Source of the DNA: an uncultured Planctomycetaceae bacterium
GTDB taxonomy: Bacteria; Planctomycetota; Planctomycetia; Planctomycetales; Planctomycetaceae
Length of the DNA stretch: 64,000 nt
Direction of reading: 5' to 3'
NCBI GenBank assembly: GCA_963815195.1
Contig: CAWFGE010000013.1
Span: forward strand, 224,001 to 288,000
Below, piece after piece: positions 21,966-34,000 of this stretch. The translations under genes were made by a program, and so were the position numbers. The notes beneath the pieces are model-generated. The model did no database searches and was not told where the DNA came from. It saw only the letters and a list, made by a program, of their open reading frames with translations. Position 1 is the stretch's first letter. Each line of letters starts with the position of its first letter.

Positions 21966-23033
21966 ATGAAATCCCAACCGAAGAAAACAGAGGCCGGGGC
22001 CCCGATCGGTAACCTGTATACGAGGCCCCTTGCCCGTTTCCTGTTGACACTAGGTCTCCTGCTCGCCGCTTTCGGATGGGCCTATTGGGATACGCTTGCG
22101 TCTTTAGTCCGGGCCTGGTCGAACCGGCCGGTTTACTCGCATGGTTTTTTTGTCGTGCCGTTTGCCGCGTGGCTCATGTGGCGGCGGTATCCATCGGAAG
22201 GCCAGATCGGAAAATCACAGGCGACCGGATTAATATTTCTAACAGGCGCCTTGGCCCTCAGATGGCTGGGAACACACTACTTCTACAATTACATCGGGGC
22301 GGTTTCCATTCTCCCCGCGGCTCTGGGAATGCTCTTGATCGCCGGCGGCTGGGCCGTCATGCGCTGGAGTTGGCCCGCCGTCCTGGTCCTCGGATTTATG
22401 CTGCCCCTGCCCTTTCAATTTGAAACCGCACTCCAGGGACCTTTAAGAAGCACAGGCACAAAAGCGACTGTCTACATCATGCAGTCCGCCGGGCTCGACG
22501 TCGTCGCCGAGGGCAATGTCATTGTCACCGAACAGATGCGCATGGGCGTCGAAGATGCGTGCAGCGGGCTGTCCATGTTGTTGACATTTCTGTTTCTCTC
22601 GACGGCTGTTGTGCTCGTGAGCCGGCGGTCCGCTTGGGAAAACGGGATTTTACTCGCGAGCGCTATTCCGATTGCTCTTCTATCCAATGTGCTGCGACTT
22701 ACAGCGATCGGCGTAATCTATAAATTCAATGAACCGGAACTGGCCGAGTTTGTGCATGAGTATGCGGCCTTCTTAATGATGCCCGCCGCGCTCGCCATGC
22801 TCTGGATGGAGACGGTCGTGTTGTCCCGGCTGCTCATTGTGGAACTACAAACGCCGATCGGAATGATGTGGGATCTCGGAGGCGTCCCCAAAGCGCCGGA
22901 CGGCTCTAGGGAACGCGCGGCGGGATCGACGACGAACCCGAAGGCCCGCGCTCCATCATCGACTCGTGAAGCCCAGGATGTCAAAAAGGAAACCTACCGA
23001 TGGCGCGCCAAAACAGTGAGAACACCGCGTTAA
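21966..23033 (+). CDS. Exosortase (EpsH/Xrt family)
   Basis: Multi-TM protein; YSHGF motif; catalytic Cys (VEDACSGL), Arg (SNVLR) and His (FVHEY). Confidence 0.93.
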   Translation: MKSQPKKTEAGAPIGNLYTRPLARFLLTLGLLLAAFGWAYWDTLASLVRAWSNRPVYSHGFFVVPFAAWLMWRRYPSEGQIGKSQATGLIFLTGALALRWLGTHYFYNYIGAVSILPAALGMLLIAGGWAVMRWSWPAVLVLGFMLPLPFQFETALQGPLRSTGTKATVYIMQSAGLDVVAEGNVIVTEQMRMGVEDACSGLSMLLTFLFLSTAVVLVSRRSAWENGILLASAIPIALLSNVLRLTAIGVIYKFNEPELAEFVHEYAAFLMMPAALAMLWMETVVLSRLLIVELQTPIGMMWDLGGVPKAPDGSRERAAGSTTNPKARAPSSTREAQDVKKETYRWRAKTVRTPR

Positions 23034-25278
23034 TCCAGCGCGGCGATCGGGCCGTGGCGGCTTCCGGTGCGAAGAATCGGAAAGGCCTCGCGGCAGGATC
23101 GCGGTCCAACGCGGACGGCGAACAACCCAGTGAAGTCGCCGCGCTGCTCGGTTCCATCCGGCGGCGATGGCTGCTGATCGTCCTCCTTGCACTGCCCGTC
23201 AGTGCGCTGGGCGTTGCGCTCATTTGGTTTTTCATGGAACCGCCCTTCCAGGCGGTGGCGGAAATTCATATCCGCGAAGTGCCGGACCGCATCCTGTTCA
23301 AGACCGAAGACATCGGCGGATTCGATACCTATAAGCAGACCCAAATCCGGCTGGTGAAGAGCGTCTATGTCCTATCGGCCGCGCTGCGCCACCCGGAAGT
23401 GGGCCGGTTGTCGATGGTGCGGGAACAGGAGCATCCCGTCGATTGGCTGCAAGAGGAACTGAAAGTCGACAGCCCCGCCACCGAGTTCATTCGCATCAGT
23501 CTGGAAGGCGATCGGCCGGAGGAATTGGCCGCGATCGTCAACGCGACGTCCGAAGCGTATCAGGAAGAAGTCGTCAGCGCTGAGGACAAGCGGAAGCAGA
23601 ACCGATTGAACGAGCTGCGAAAGGTGGAAAGCCGCATCGAAGACGATCTCCGCGAGAAGCGAAAGGAAATGCAAGTGCTTGCGAAGGCATTGAGCACGAC
23701 GGATTCAAAAACCCTCAGCACTCGGCAACAACTGGCGACCGAGTACTTCGGCCAGCTCGGCGCGAGCACGCGCAAATTCGGTTCGAGTTGATGCGGATCC
23801 AAGCCCGGCTCGCCGCCAAACGGCCCAAGGGAGAAGCCGCCGCGGACGTGGAAATCGATCCCAAACTGGTCGAGGCACAACTCGAAGACGACCCGGAAAT
23901 CCAAAAGCAGAAGCGGCATCGACGGCAATTTGACAGCATGATTCGGGCGATGAAAAAGCAGTTCAACTCGGACCGGCATCCCGCCGTCATCGAAGCCGAA
24001 TCGCAATTCGCCGAGATGGAAGCCGAACTGGACGGCCTCCGCCAGAAACTCAAGCCCCTCGTGGAAGAAGAGCTGCGCCAACAGAGGCTGAAAGACCAGA
24101 CCGCGAGCGTCTCGGAGCTGAAACACCAGGCGGAAGTGCTGACGTCGCAGTTTGAATCGATCGAAAAGGAACTCGACGCCCAAAAAGTGGAAAGCCACGA
24201 AATCGGACTTTCCTCCTATCAATTGGAAGTCCAGAAGCAGCGCATCGCCGAAACCGAAGAGATGGCGGACCAAATCAAACAGCGGATTCGGCAGATCGAG
24301 GTGGAGTTGGACGCCCAGCCGCGGGTCGATGTCTTCCACAAGGCCGAGGTGCCGCATACGCCCATGGTGGCCCGCAAGATCAAGCTGATGGCGGTCGCGG
24401 GGCTGGGAGGATTCGGCCTCGTCGCCAGCTTGATCTTATGGCTCGATTTGCTCTCCAATCGGATCAGCAGCATCGTGGAAGTCGTTCACGGATTGAAGCT
24501 TCCGATCTTGGGAACGTTGCCGATTATGCCCCGCGGCCTGATCCAGGGCCAAAACACCAAAAAAAGCGGACGCCCGCAAGCGCTCCTGGGCCTCTGGAAG
24601 GAATCGATCGATTCCACGCGGGCGATGTTGCTCAGCCAGACGGCAACGCGCGGGCATCGCGAGCATCAGACAATCATGGTGACAAGCGCCATGAGCGGCG
24701 AGGGCAAGACGACCTTGGCCTGCCACCTGGCGATCAGCCTCGCGCAATCGGGGCGAAAAACATTATTGATCGACGCCGACCTCCGCCGGCCCGCGATTCA
24801 CCAGGTCTTCGGCATTCCCGGCAGCCCGGGATTGAGCGATGTCCTTCGCCAAAAAGCGGATTTGGCGCACGTCATCCAACGCCATTCGATCAAAGGCTTC
24901 TCGATCTTGCCCGCCGGCGAGGTCGATCCACAGGCTCTGCAAATGCTCGCGGCGGACGCGGCGGGGCCTCTGCTGAAAGAACTTCGCGCGGACTATGATT
25001 TTATTGTCGTGGACTCGGCTCCCGTGCTGCCGGTGACCGATGCCTTGATGATCGGACCTCACGCGGACGGGGCGCTCTTCGCCGTCCGCCGCGATGTCAG
25101 CCGGCGCCGCAAGATTTCGTCCGCCTGCGAGCGATTGGAGCGAGTCGGCATCTCGCTGTTGGGGGCGGTCGTCATTGGCCTCGATTCGCAAGAACCCGCC
25201 GATCGATACACGCCGTATGCGTCTCAATATGTGGAGCCGGAATTCGTCACTCGGCCGACCGCGCCGGCGGAGAGTTAA
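23000..25278 (+). CDS. wzc: Polysaccharide co-polymerase/tyrosine autokinase (Wzc/GumC family); frameshift near 23760
   Basis: Two TMs flanking a coiled coil; Walker A SAMSGEGKT, DADLRRP, VVDS; Tyr-containing tail. Confidence 0.88.
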
Positions 25279-25351
25279 CCACCCGCCTCAACTCGTTTGT
25301 TTTCCAATCCGAAGAGCGGCTAAAGCCACCACGAACTCCAGGGCCAATCCC

Positions 25352-26056
25352 ATGCAGAACGCAGCCATCCCCATCGCCGCCTGTTTACTCATCGTTGCCG
25401 CGGGCTTTCAGCATCGGCACCAAAACCATCGAGAAGTCCAGAACGCGGAGCGGATTCAACAAGCCGCGGAAACGCTAAAGCATGCGATCCCCCTGCAAAT
25501 CGGCGACTGGTCGGGCACCGATCTTTCCATCGACCGGCGGGAATTGCAAGTGGCCGAGATCGCCGGCTGCGTCTCGCGAAACTATGCCCACCAGGTGACA
25601 GGCGAAGTCACGCAGATCGTCCTGATGTGCGGCGCCCCGGGCCCCATTTCCGTTCACACTCCCGACGTCTGTTTCAAGGGCAACGGCTATAAGATGGTCA
25701 GCCAGCCAAAGCGCATCACAGTCGAACCCGCCGGCGGCCCGGCGGCCGAGTTCTGGTGGGCCGATTTCCAGAGAAGCGCCGCCGGCCAAGTCACCGTGCT
25801 CCGCACATTCTGGTCTTGGAGGGGCGGTGACAAGTGGCGGGTCTCGGATCATCCCCGCTTCGAGTTTGCTCAGAGCCCCGTTCTTTACAAGTTATATGTC
25901 GCCTACCCCCTCGACCGATCCGCCGCGACATCGGTCGACACGCCGGATACGAAGTTTCTTATATTCCTGCTTCGAGAATTGGAAAGAGATCAGGCCTCGC
26001 AGACGCTTCCGAGTTCTGAAGACGAACCGAGATTGACGGAAGTCGCCCCTGCCTGA
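25352..26056 (+). CDS. epsI: Exosortase-associated EpsI-family protein
   Basis: N-terminal TM; IPLQIGDWSG and VHTPDVCF motifs; adjacent to exosortase. Confidence 0.85.
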   Translation: MQNAAIPIAACLLIVAAGFQHRHQNHREVQNAERIQQAAETLKHAIPLQIGDWSGTDLSIDRRELQVAEIAGCVSRNYAHQVTGEVTQIVLMCGAPGPISVHTPDVCFKGNGYKMVSQPKRITVEPAGGPAAEFWWADFQRSAAGQVTVLRTFWSWRGGDKWRVSDHPRFEFAQSPVLYKLYVAYPLDRSAATSVDTPDTKFLIFLLRELERDQASQTLPSSEDEPRLTEVAPA

Positions 26057-26109
26057 TGGACTTGCCCCGATTGAACCGCTTTTTTCGCATTGATGATTTT
26101 GGAGCCCCC

Positions 26110-27030
26110 ATGAAAACGATCCAAATGGCTTCCCGCCCGTTCCGAGGTTCCGAGGAACGTCCCGCCCGAACCGCGTCGGTTCACGTCCATCCCGAAGCAT
26201 TGGATCCGACCGCCAGCCTCCACGGTTGGTATGTTCCCCTCAAAGCGGTTGTGGATTGGATTGCCGCGGCTGTTTTAATGGTCTTGGCTATCCCGATCAT
26301 CTTCGTGTGCGCCGCCGCGGTCGCGCTCACGTCGCGCGGACCGGCGTTTTATTGCCAGCGCCGCGTCGGCAAAGGCGGGCGGGAGTTTACGCTCATCAAG
26401 CTCCGCACCATGTGTGTGGATGCGGAATCCGCGACCGGGCCGGTCTGGAGTGCGGCCGCCGACCCGCGGGTGACTCCGGTCGGCCGCTTCCTGCGGGACA
26501 CGCACCTCGACGAATTGCCGCAGTTGATCAACGTCCTGCTGGGCCACATGAGCCTTGTCGGCCCGCGGCCGGAACGACCGGTGTTCGTGGTGCGGCTCAT
26601 CGAAGAAATCCCGTTTTATGAAGAGCGGATTAAAGTTCGCCCGGGCATCACCGGACTTTCGCAAATGCGGCTCCCGCCCGACACCGACCTGGAGAGCGTC
26701 CGCAAAAAACTCATGCACGACCTGTATTATGTCAAGCACGCTTCTCCGTGGCTCGATCTTAAGATCCTGGGCTATACATTCTCGGAACTTTTGTATTCGA
26801 TGGCCGCATCCCTTTGTGCATTCTTCATGCTGCCGGCGCGGGAGATCGTCGAGAAGGATTTTCATTGGCTCGTCCATCAAGACTTCGGAACGACTTTGTT
26901 CGAGGAAGACGACGGCGAGGACCTTTATCAATCTCCCGCGGAGCAGGACACGAGGCCGTTAGCGAAGATCACGCCCGATCGTGTTCAAGCACCCATTTCA
27001 CGGCGTGTTGAATCAGTTGATTGCCGTTGA
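26110..27030 (+). CDS. Priming sugar (phospho)transferase, Bac_transf family (alternative start 26056)
   Basis: KLRTM, DPRVTPVGRFLRDTHLDELPQLINVLLGHMSLVGPRPERP, RPGITGL. Confidence 0.93.
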   Translation: MKTIQMASRPFRGSEERPARTASVHVHPEALDPTASLHGWYVPLKAVVDWIAAAVLMVLAIPIIFVCAAAVALTSRGPAFYCQRRVGKGGREFTLIKLRTMCVDAESATGPVWSAAADPRVTPVGRFLRDTHLDELPQLINVLLGHMSLVGPRPERPVFVVRLIEEIPFYEERIKVRPGITGLSQMRLPPDTDLESVRKKLMHDLYYVKHASPWLDLKILGYTFSELLYSMAASLCAFFMLPAREIVEKDFHWLVHQDFGTTLFEEDDGEDLYQSPAEQDTRPLAKITPDRVQAPISRRVESVDCR

Positions 27031-27643
27031 TCAATCCCAGTTTCCGTTTGATCTTTTCGCGATAGGTTTCGACGGTTTTTTGTTTCAATTCCATCTGCCT
27101 GGCAATTTCCGAGGACGTTAATCCATGCCCGAGCCACTCGAAAACCTCCAACTCGCGGTCGGACAACGAATGGAGCCAGGATTTTTGCGTCTCGGATTCC
27201 ACCTGGGCGGCGCGGATGATCAGCCGCTCCGTCATGGTGTTGCTCAAGTAGATGCGTCCCGAAAGAACAGTCATCACCGCCGTAACAAGGTTCTTGGCCG
27301 GTTCTTGCTTTTGCACATAGGCCGATGCTCCGCATCTGAGCGAGCGATCGGCATAAAGGATTTCATCATGAAAGGAGTAGACTAACACTTTGCTTTCCGG
27401 AGAGATTCGCCGGATTTCCGTGGTCAGGTCCAGCCCGCTGCCATCCATGAGCGTGATGTCCACGATGGCGAGGTCGGGCCGGCATTGCTTTACGAGCTCG
27501 AGCGTCTCCTCAGAATTGGATGCTTCGCCGCAGATCTCAATTTCCTTGTGATCTGCGAACAATTGGATGATTCCAGCGCGGATCATATCGTGATCGTCAA
27601 CAACGAGGACCCGCCGTCTTCTTGATGTCGTTGTGTTGGACAT
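26969..27643 (-). CDS. NarL/FixJ-family response regulator (REC + LuxR HTH)
   Basis: VVDDH, AIVDIT phospho-Asp, LSDRELEVF...KTVETYR; AAGGAGA RBS. Confidence 0.95.
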   Translation of the reverse strand: MSNTTTSRRRRVLVVDDHDMIRAGIIQLFADHKEIEICGEASNSEETLELVKQCRPDLAIVDITLMDGSGLDLTTEIRRISPESKVLVYSFHDEILYADRSLRCGASAYVQKQEPAKNLVTAVMTVLSGRIYLSNTMTERLIIRAAQVESETQKSWLHSLSDRELEVFEWLGHGLTSSEIARQMELKQKTVETYREKIKRKLGLINGNQLIQHAVKWVLEHDRA

Positions 27644-28377
27644 TAATGTCTCCTTACGCGTCAAATGCTAGGGATGACCCGGGGATTCAACGGCCTCATT
27701 GCGGAGAATAAAACGGAGAAGCCGCTAAATCATTCACCGGTGAGACCGAGGACATTCATCAACATAAATTAGGTAAGCTCAATCAAATTTCTTGGAGCGG
27801 CTGAATCCCCTCTCAGAATGATTTTGCCCAGATTATCCCGTCCAGGCGAAGAAGTATATGGTGTGTTGATCTGGAAATCGACTCAGGAATTATCGGGCGG
27901 AAAAACGCCAAAAGTGCGCGGCGGACATTCACCCACATCGCCGCGCGGAGGGAACTCATGTTCGCAAAGGCATCGCTCTGATCCTAAGTGTGTTTCTCAT
28001 GCAAGGTTCTATGGATGTTCCACCTAGGCAAAACACCTTGTCGGCAGACCTGACATAGGCCGACATGCTGGGACGAACCCACGGATTTCTCGGAAGACAT
28101 CGAATCAAGATTACAGAAAAAATCCGACCCGAGATGTGTTTGTTTTCGTAAGAATCGGACACGGTTTGGCAATCCGATTACGGGTGGCACATCCCTGAGT
28201 GCGGCCGCGCGGAGCCCACCTCCCCGGTCTCCAGCGTTCGTTCCTCAGGGTGTGCCCCCAATCGGCCGGCTCATAAGGCCCAAGTTCGCCGCGCTCAGGT
28301 TAAGCGCGGACCATTGGCGGCGTCGAACGACGGGTTCAAGCGATTGGCAGATCGGCTTGGAAAACATTGCCGCGCTG

Positions 28378-29694
28378 TCAGTATGACATTTCGGAATTCC
28401 GGGAGCGGGACGAGCTCACTCGGTTCTCAAACCGGGTGTCGCTTTTGGTTCTCCACGGAAGAAGCGGGCGGACAACACCGGGCAACGGGCGGTCGTAGTC
28501 GCCGCGGGCGGTGTCTCCGGCGTAATCGTCGTACACATGAAACGCGACGACGTGCGGTTCGGAAACGTGAATCTTTTCCGGCCGGGGAGTGGAGACGGTC
28601 GCCTTCACCGCGACCCGTCCTTCGGCAAAGAAGTTTCCGGGCAGCGTGACGACGCTGGTGTAGGTGCCCGCGGGACGGGGCTTTCGCCGCCACGCCGGGT
28701 CGTTGTCGATGGTGATGAGGATGCACGTGCCGTCCTCATTGTACAAGTGGAAATCGGGGACCAGTTCGTAGTTCGGCGAGAGGACTTCGTACTCCATTTC
28801 GAGTTGAACCTTCGCACGAATATCGACCACGTCGTCGACGGGGCCGTTCTCTGTCGAGACTCCCACGCGGCGCAACCGCACGACTTCGTTGCCGGGGGCG
28901 GTCTGAAGATCATCCCAGCGGCGAAGGGCAAGCGTCTCTGCGCCGGATTGGGCATACCGGTCGACGACCTCTTGCGGCGTCGCATCCAATATGAGCCGGC
29001 CTTCTTCCAGGAGGAGAGCCCGGGAACACAGGCGGACGACGGTCGGCATGTTGTGACTGATGAACAACACGGTGCGTCCTTCGCCGGCGACATCCTGCAT
29101 TTTGCCCAGGCATTTCTTTTGAAAGGCCATGTCGCCCACCGCGAGCACCTCGTCCACAATGAGGATTTCCGGTTCCAAATGCGCCGCGACCGCAAAGGCC
29201 AGGCGAACATACATCCCGCTGGAATACCGCTTCACCGGCGTGTCCAAAAACTTCTCCACCCCGGAGAAATCCACGATCGCGTCGAAGTGCCGCTCGATTT
29301 CCCGCCGCTTCATGCCCAGAATGGAGCCGTTGAGGTAGATGTTTTCCCGGCCTGTCAACTCTTTGTGAAACCCGGTCCCGACCTCAAGCAGGCTGCCGGT
29401 CCGGCCATAGAGATCGACAACCCCGGTGGTCGGCTCGGTGATGCGGGACAGGATTTTGAGCAACGTGCTCTTGCCGGCACCGTTGCGGCCGACGATTCCC
29501 ACAACCTCGCCGCGCTTCACATCAAAATTGACATCCCGAAGCGCCCAGAAGGTCTCCGATTCCTCGCGCTCGAAGGGATGGCACACGCGGTGCAGGAGCG
29601 CTTCGACGAGCGTCACATGTTCCCGGCTCTTATGCACGATCCGGTAGTTCTTGCCCAGTTCCCGAATGGAGACGGCCAATTCACTAGATGGCAT
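28378..29694 (-). CDS. wzt: Polysaccharide ABC transporter ATP-binding protein with C-terminal Wzt-C domain
   Basis: GRNGAGKST, YSSGMYVRLAF, DEVLAVGD; extra C-terminal beta domain. Confidence 0.92.
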   Translation of the reverse strand: MPSSELAVSIRELGKNYRIVHKSREHVTLVEALLHRVCHPFEREESETFWALRDVNFDVKRGEVVGIVGRNGAGKSTLLKILSRITEPTTGVVDLYGRTGSLLEVGTGFHKELTGRENIYLNGSILGMKRREIERHFDAIVDFSGVEKFLDTPVKRYSSGMYVRLAFAVAAHLEPEILIVDEVLAVGDMAFQKKCLGKMQDVAGEGRTVLFISHNMPTVVRLCSRALLLEEGRLILDATPQEVVDRYAQSGAETLALRRWDDLQTAPGNEVVRLRRVGVSTENGPVDDVVDIRAKVQLEMEYEVLSPNYELVPDFHLYNEDGTCILITIDNDPAWRRKPRPAGTYTSVVTLPGNFFAEGRVAVKATVSTPRPEKIHVSEPHVVAFHVYDDYAGDTARGDYDRPLPGVVRPLLPWRTKSDTRFENRVSSSRSRNSEMSY

Positions 29695-30548
29695 CCACGA
29701 ACCCCCTTTCAAGCCGTTTGAAGAACAACGCGGCGAACAGCATCCCCCCGACCGCGAGGCCGCAGGAATAGGCCAGAAACTCCATTTGGGGCGGGCGCGT
29801 TCCCAACAACGACCAGCGAAACGCCTCCAACAGCGCCGCGAGCGGGTTGAGATAATAAAACGGGCGATATTCCGCGGGCACTTCCGAAACCGCGTAGGCG
29901 ACCGGACTCAGATAGAGCAGCATTTGAATGAACACGGGCAGGATGTGCTTTACGTCCCGGTAATAAACCGCGAGCGACGAGAGGATCAAACCGAGGCTGG
30001 TGCCGAGCATCACCACCATCCCCACCCACACCGGCAAGAGCAGCAGCGCCCAGGTGGGCTGGACCTGATAGCCGACCAACAGGACCGCCATGAGCACCAC
30101 GGCCACCGCGAAATCGACGAGATTGGAAGGCACGGTGGAGAGCGTCAACGCCAGGCGGGGGAAATAGACTTTGGAGACCAGATCGCCGTTCTCGACGATG
30201 CACAAACTGGCCTGTGAGACCAGTCCCTGAAATAACTTCCAGCCGAGCAGACCGGCGAATGAGAACAAAAAGTAGGGTTGCCCGTCGCTTTCCATCCCGG
30301 CGACCGTGCCGAAGACAAACGAGAAAATCCCGGCGGCCAATAACGGCTGCAAAACGACCCAGATGATGCCCAGGGCGGTCTGTTTGTAGCGGAGCTTCAA
30401 ATCGCGGGCCGCCAAGGTGAGCAGCACCTCCCGGTAAATCCAAAGCTCGCGCAGATTGAGCGCCGGACCATCCGCGGCGCGGCTGGAGGGTCATGTAGGG
30501 TTTCTGGACCGCGGGGCCGGCCCGTCCATTTTTCTCGATGGTTGACAT
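29684..30548 (-). CDS. wzm: Polysaccharide ABC-2 permease; frameshift near 30462
   Basis: LRELWIYRE, RDLKLRYKQTALGIIW, LVSKVYFPR, LNPL; six TMs. Confidence 0.9.
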
Positions 30549-31059
30549 CCGAAAAAATCACTCGCAAAAGTCGGGAGAAAATCGCAGAATCCCTCGGCCG
30601 AGGCGCGGGGGATCCGCCCGGTGTCTGATTAGACCGAATGCCGGGGACAAGAAACATCAGTCTTCTTGTGCGAAATCCGAAGGGGTCACGCGGTTCGGGG
30701 CATAGAGGCCGCACTATGAACCAATGAGGGAATTCTCTGTTTTCATTTTTGGGAAAAAAATCCACGAGGCCCCAAAAGGCATGGCCAGATTGTTTCCCTG
30801 AAACTACTATGGCAAAAATACCAGTCCACCCACAGAACCTGACCCGGACCCTTAAGGAGCCTCCCTAGAAGCGGATTCGTAATAACTCCCGCCCGGTAAT
30901 TTTTTCCACGTCAAGTCTCGCCTTCCCGCCGCGAGTTTCTCTCGCCATTCACCGAAGAATGGCAGACGGCTCTGAAAAGTCCATAGTCCGCGATCCTTTG
31001 TGGTCGATGGAACCGATCATCCTCCCTTCCCTTCTTTGAGCCACAAAACGGAGTTGCCC

Positions 31060-34000
31060 ATGTTTCTCGGAAAGCACTTCTTCTCCGCCTTTCTCCACCG
31101 TGTAAATCGCCGCCTCTCGCCGCCTTTCAAAAAAAATTCCTCGAAGACGCTCCCGCCGTTCCCGGTGGAATTTCGCGAACCCCGTTGCAGCCGAGTTTTT
31201 AGAAAACCGTACACTGCTTACTTCCCCGGCACCCGACGTGCTGTATGTCGATGTGAACGGCGACAATGCCGGCGACGGGTCGCCGGAGCATCCCTGGCAA
31301 ACGCTGCAATACGCCGCGGACCATGTGGGGGTGGGGGACACGGTCATCGTGCGCCCGGGATTTATGCCGGCTTCGATCTCCGCACCGACGGAACCGCCGA
31401 CCAGCGGATCACGTTCGACGCCGATCCCGGAGTGATCATCAACCGGCAAAACTCGAAGACCGCCGACGGAATCAATCTCGAGGGGGCCGATTATGTCACG
31501 GTCGAAGGCTTTCAGGTCGTCGGCGTTCCGCGGGCGGGGATTCGCTCCGTCGTCAATCACGATGTCATCATCCGGGACAACGTGGTCGACCAGAACGGCG
31601 TCTGGGGCATTTTCACGGCTTTCAGCGACGATCTTTTGATTGAAGACAACGTCGCCAGCCGGTCCGTCAAGCAGCACGGCATTTACGTTTCCAACAGCGG
31701 AGACCGCCCCGTCATTCGCAGAAACGAGGTCTGGGGCAACTACCAAAACGGCATCCACATGAATGGAGACATCAACTCCGGCGGCGACGGGATCATCACC
31801 GGAGCCGTGGTCGAGCAGAATATCATCCACGACAACGGCCTGGGCGGAGGCTCGGCCATCAACTGCGACGGCGTCCAAGACTCGCTCGTTCGAAACAACG
31901 TGCTCTCCAACAATCACGGGTCGGGCATCGCGCTTTACCGCATCGACGGCGGAGGCGGTTCGAGCGGCAACACCATCATCAATAACACGGTCGTCCAGGC
32001 CGCGGTCTCCCGGTGGGCCGTCACAATCAGCGGCGGCAGCGTCAACAACACGTTGCTGAATAACGTCCTCTACAATTTCGGGACCTGGAAAGGCAGCTTC
32101 AGCCTTGCCCCAGACAGCTTGTCCGGATTGATCAGCGACGATAACCTCGTCATGGACCGGTTTTCGGCCGACAACGAGAACACTCGAATCACGCTCGCCG
32201 ATTGGCAGGTGCAGACGGGACAGGATCAGCATTCGATGATCGCCGACGTCGGCAGCCTGTTTGTCGATCCCAGCGGCGGAGACTTGCATCTTCTTGCGGG
32301 CAGCCAGGCCATCGATGCAGGAACCTCGCAATCCGCCCCCGCTGTGGATTTTGAAGGCGACGCCCGGCCGCAAGGCGCGGGCATCGACATCGGAGCCGAC
32401 GAGTTTGCCGGCGTCGTCGTGCCTCCGCCTCCCGTCTCCTCGTTCGCGGCCGGCTTTGATTTCGGAACCAGCGACTCTCCCGTCGCCAATGGCTACACTC
32501 AAGTCGTCGCCGGCAGTCCCTACAATGCCTCCGCGGGCTTTGGCTGGACCTCGCAAAACTGGACGGGCGCGGATGATGCCGGCGGTTTGGACCTCCTGAC
32601 CCGCGATGCGGCGATTTCTCAAGCGGGCACCTTTGCGGTCGATGTGCCGGCGGGAGGATATGATGTGACCCTCACGCTCGGCGACGCCGTCGGCGTTTCC
32701 GACAACGTCTCCATCTCGCTGGAAGGGACGGCCGTGGACAGCGTTTCGGCTCTCGCCGGCGAGCATGTTTCAGGGACGTATCATGTCGACGTCGCGGATG
32801 GGCAATTGACCGTTGATCTCAATGACTTGGGCGGGCAGAGCCGGTACTTCTCTCTCAATGGAATCTATGTCATATCCACCGACGCGCCCCCGGCCGACCA
32901 GACCGGGCCGCAGGTCATTTCCGCCGCCCCGATCAAGTCGCAGCCCAACACGCTCAATGGTTTTCAGATCACCTTCAGCGAAGCCATCCCCGATGGCGGA
33001 CTGCAACTCGGCGACCTGACGTTGGTCGGACCGAACGGCACCCTCCAGCCGAGCGGTCTGACGCGCCTGAGCGAGTCGGAATTTCAAGTCGATTTCCCGG
33101 TGCAAACCGCGGTCGGGGCTTACACGCTCACGCTGGCCCCGCAGGTTACCGATCTTGCGGGAAACTTGATGGACCAGGACGGCGACGGGACGGGCGGCGA
33201 ACCGGCGGACGATCAGTTCCAGACCACCGCCGAGATTGCGGCGGCGACGTTTGAAGCCGGCTTCGACTTTGGCACGTCCGATTCGCCGGTGGGCGGCGGG
33301 TATCGGCAGGTCACCGCGGGCACCGCGTACGATGCCTCGCTCGGTTATGGTTGGACCAGCCCGTATTGGATCGGAGCGACAGACCGCGGAGAAGCCGATG
33401 CCCTGACGCGGGACTCCAATATCACTCAAACAGGAACGTTCGCCGCGGATTTGCCCAACGGCGCCTATGACGTGACCGTTACCATCGGCGATGTCGTCGG
33501 CATTTCCGACAACCTGAGCGTCTCCTGGGAAGGCCAAGACGCGGGCCAGATTTCCGCCGCGGCGGGAGAACACGCCTCGGGCACGTACCGGGTCGAAGTC
33601 AGCGACGGGCAATTGACGATCGATATGAAAGATTTGGGAGGCGCCGACCGGTATTTCTACTTGAACGCCATTCACATTCAATCGGCCGGGGCTCCGCCTG
33701 CCGATGTCACGGGACCGCGGATCGTTTCCGCCGCGCCGATCAACTCGCAGCCCAATACGCTGGACGGTTTTCAGATCACCTTCAGCGAAGCCATTCCCGA
33801 TAACGGGATCCCGTTGAGCGCGCTGACCGTCACCGGGCCAAACGGTCCCATCCAACCCGGCGGACTGGCGCGGATCAGCGCGACCGAGTTTGAGGTCGAC
33901 ATCCCGGCTCAAACGGCCGCCGGACTTTACACGCTCACGGTGTCGCCCCAAGTCACCGATGTCGCGGGCAATCTGATGGACCAGGACGGCGATGGGACGG

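Noticed and set aside
27818..28190. Short ORFs or a riboswitch in the intergenic region
   Set aside because: No convincing RBS, recognisable motif or riboswitch consensus (e.g. c-di-GMP-I) could be identified by eye
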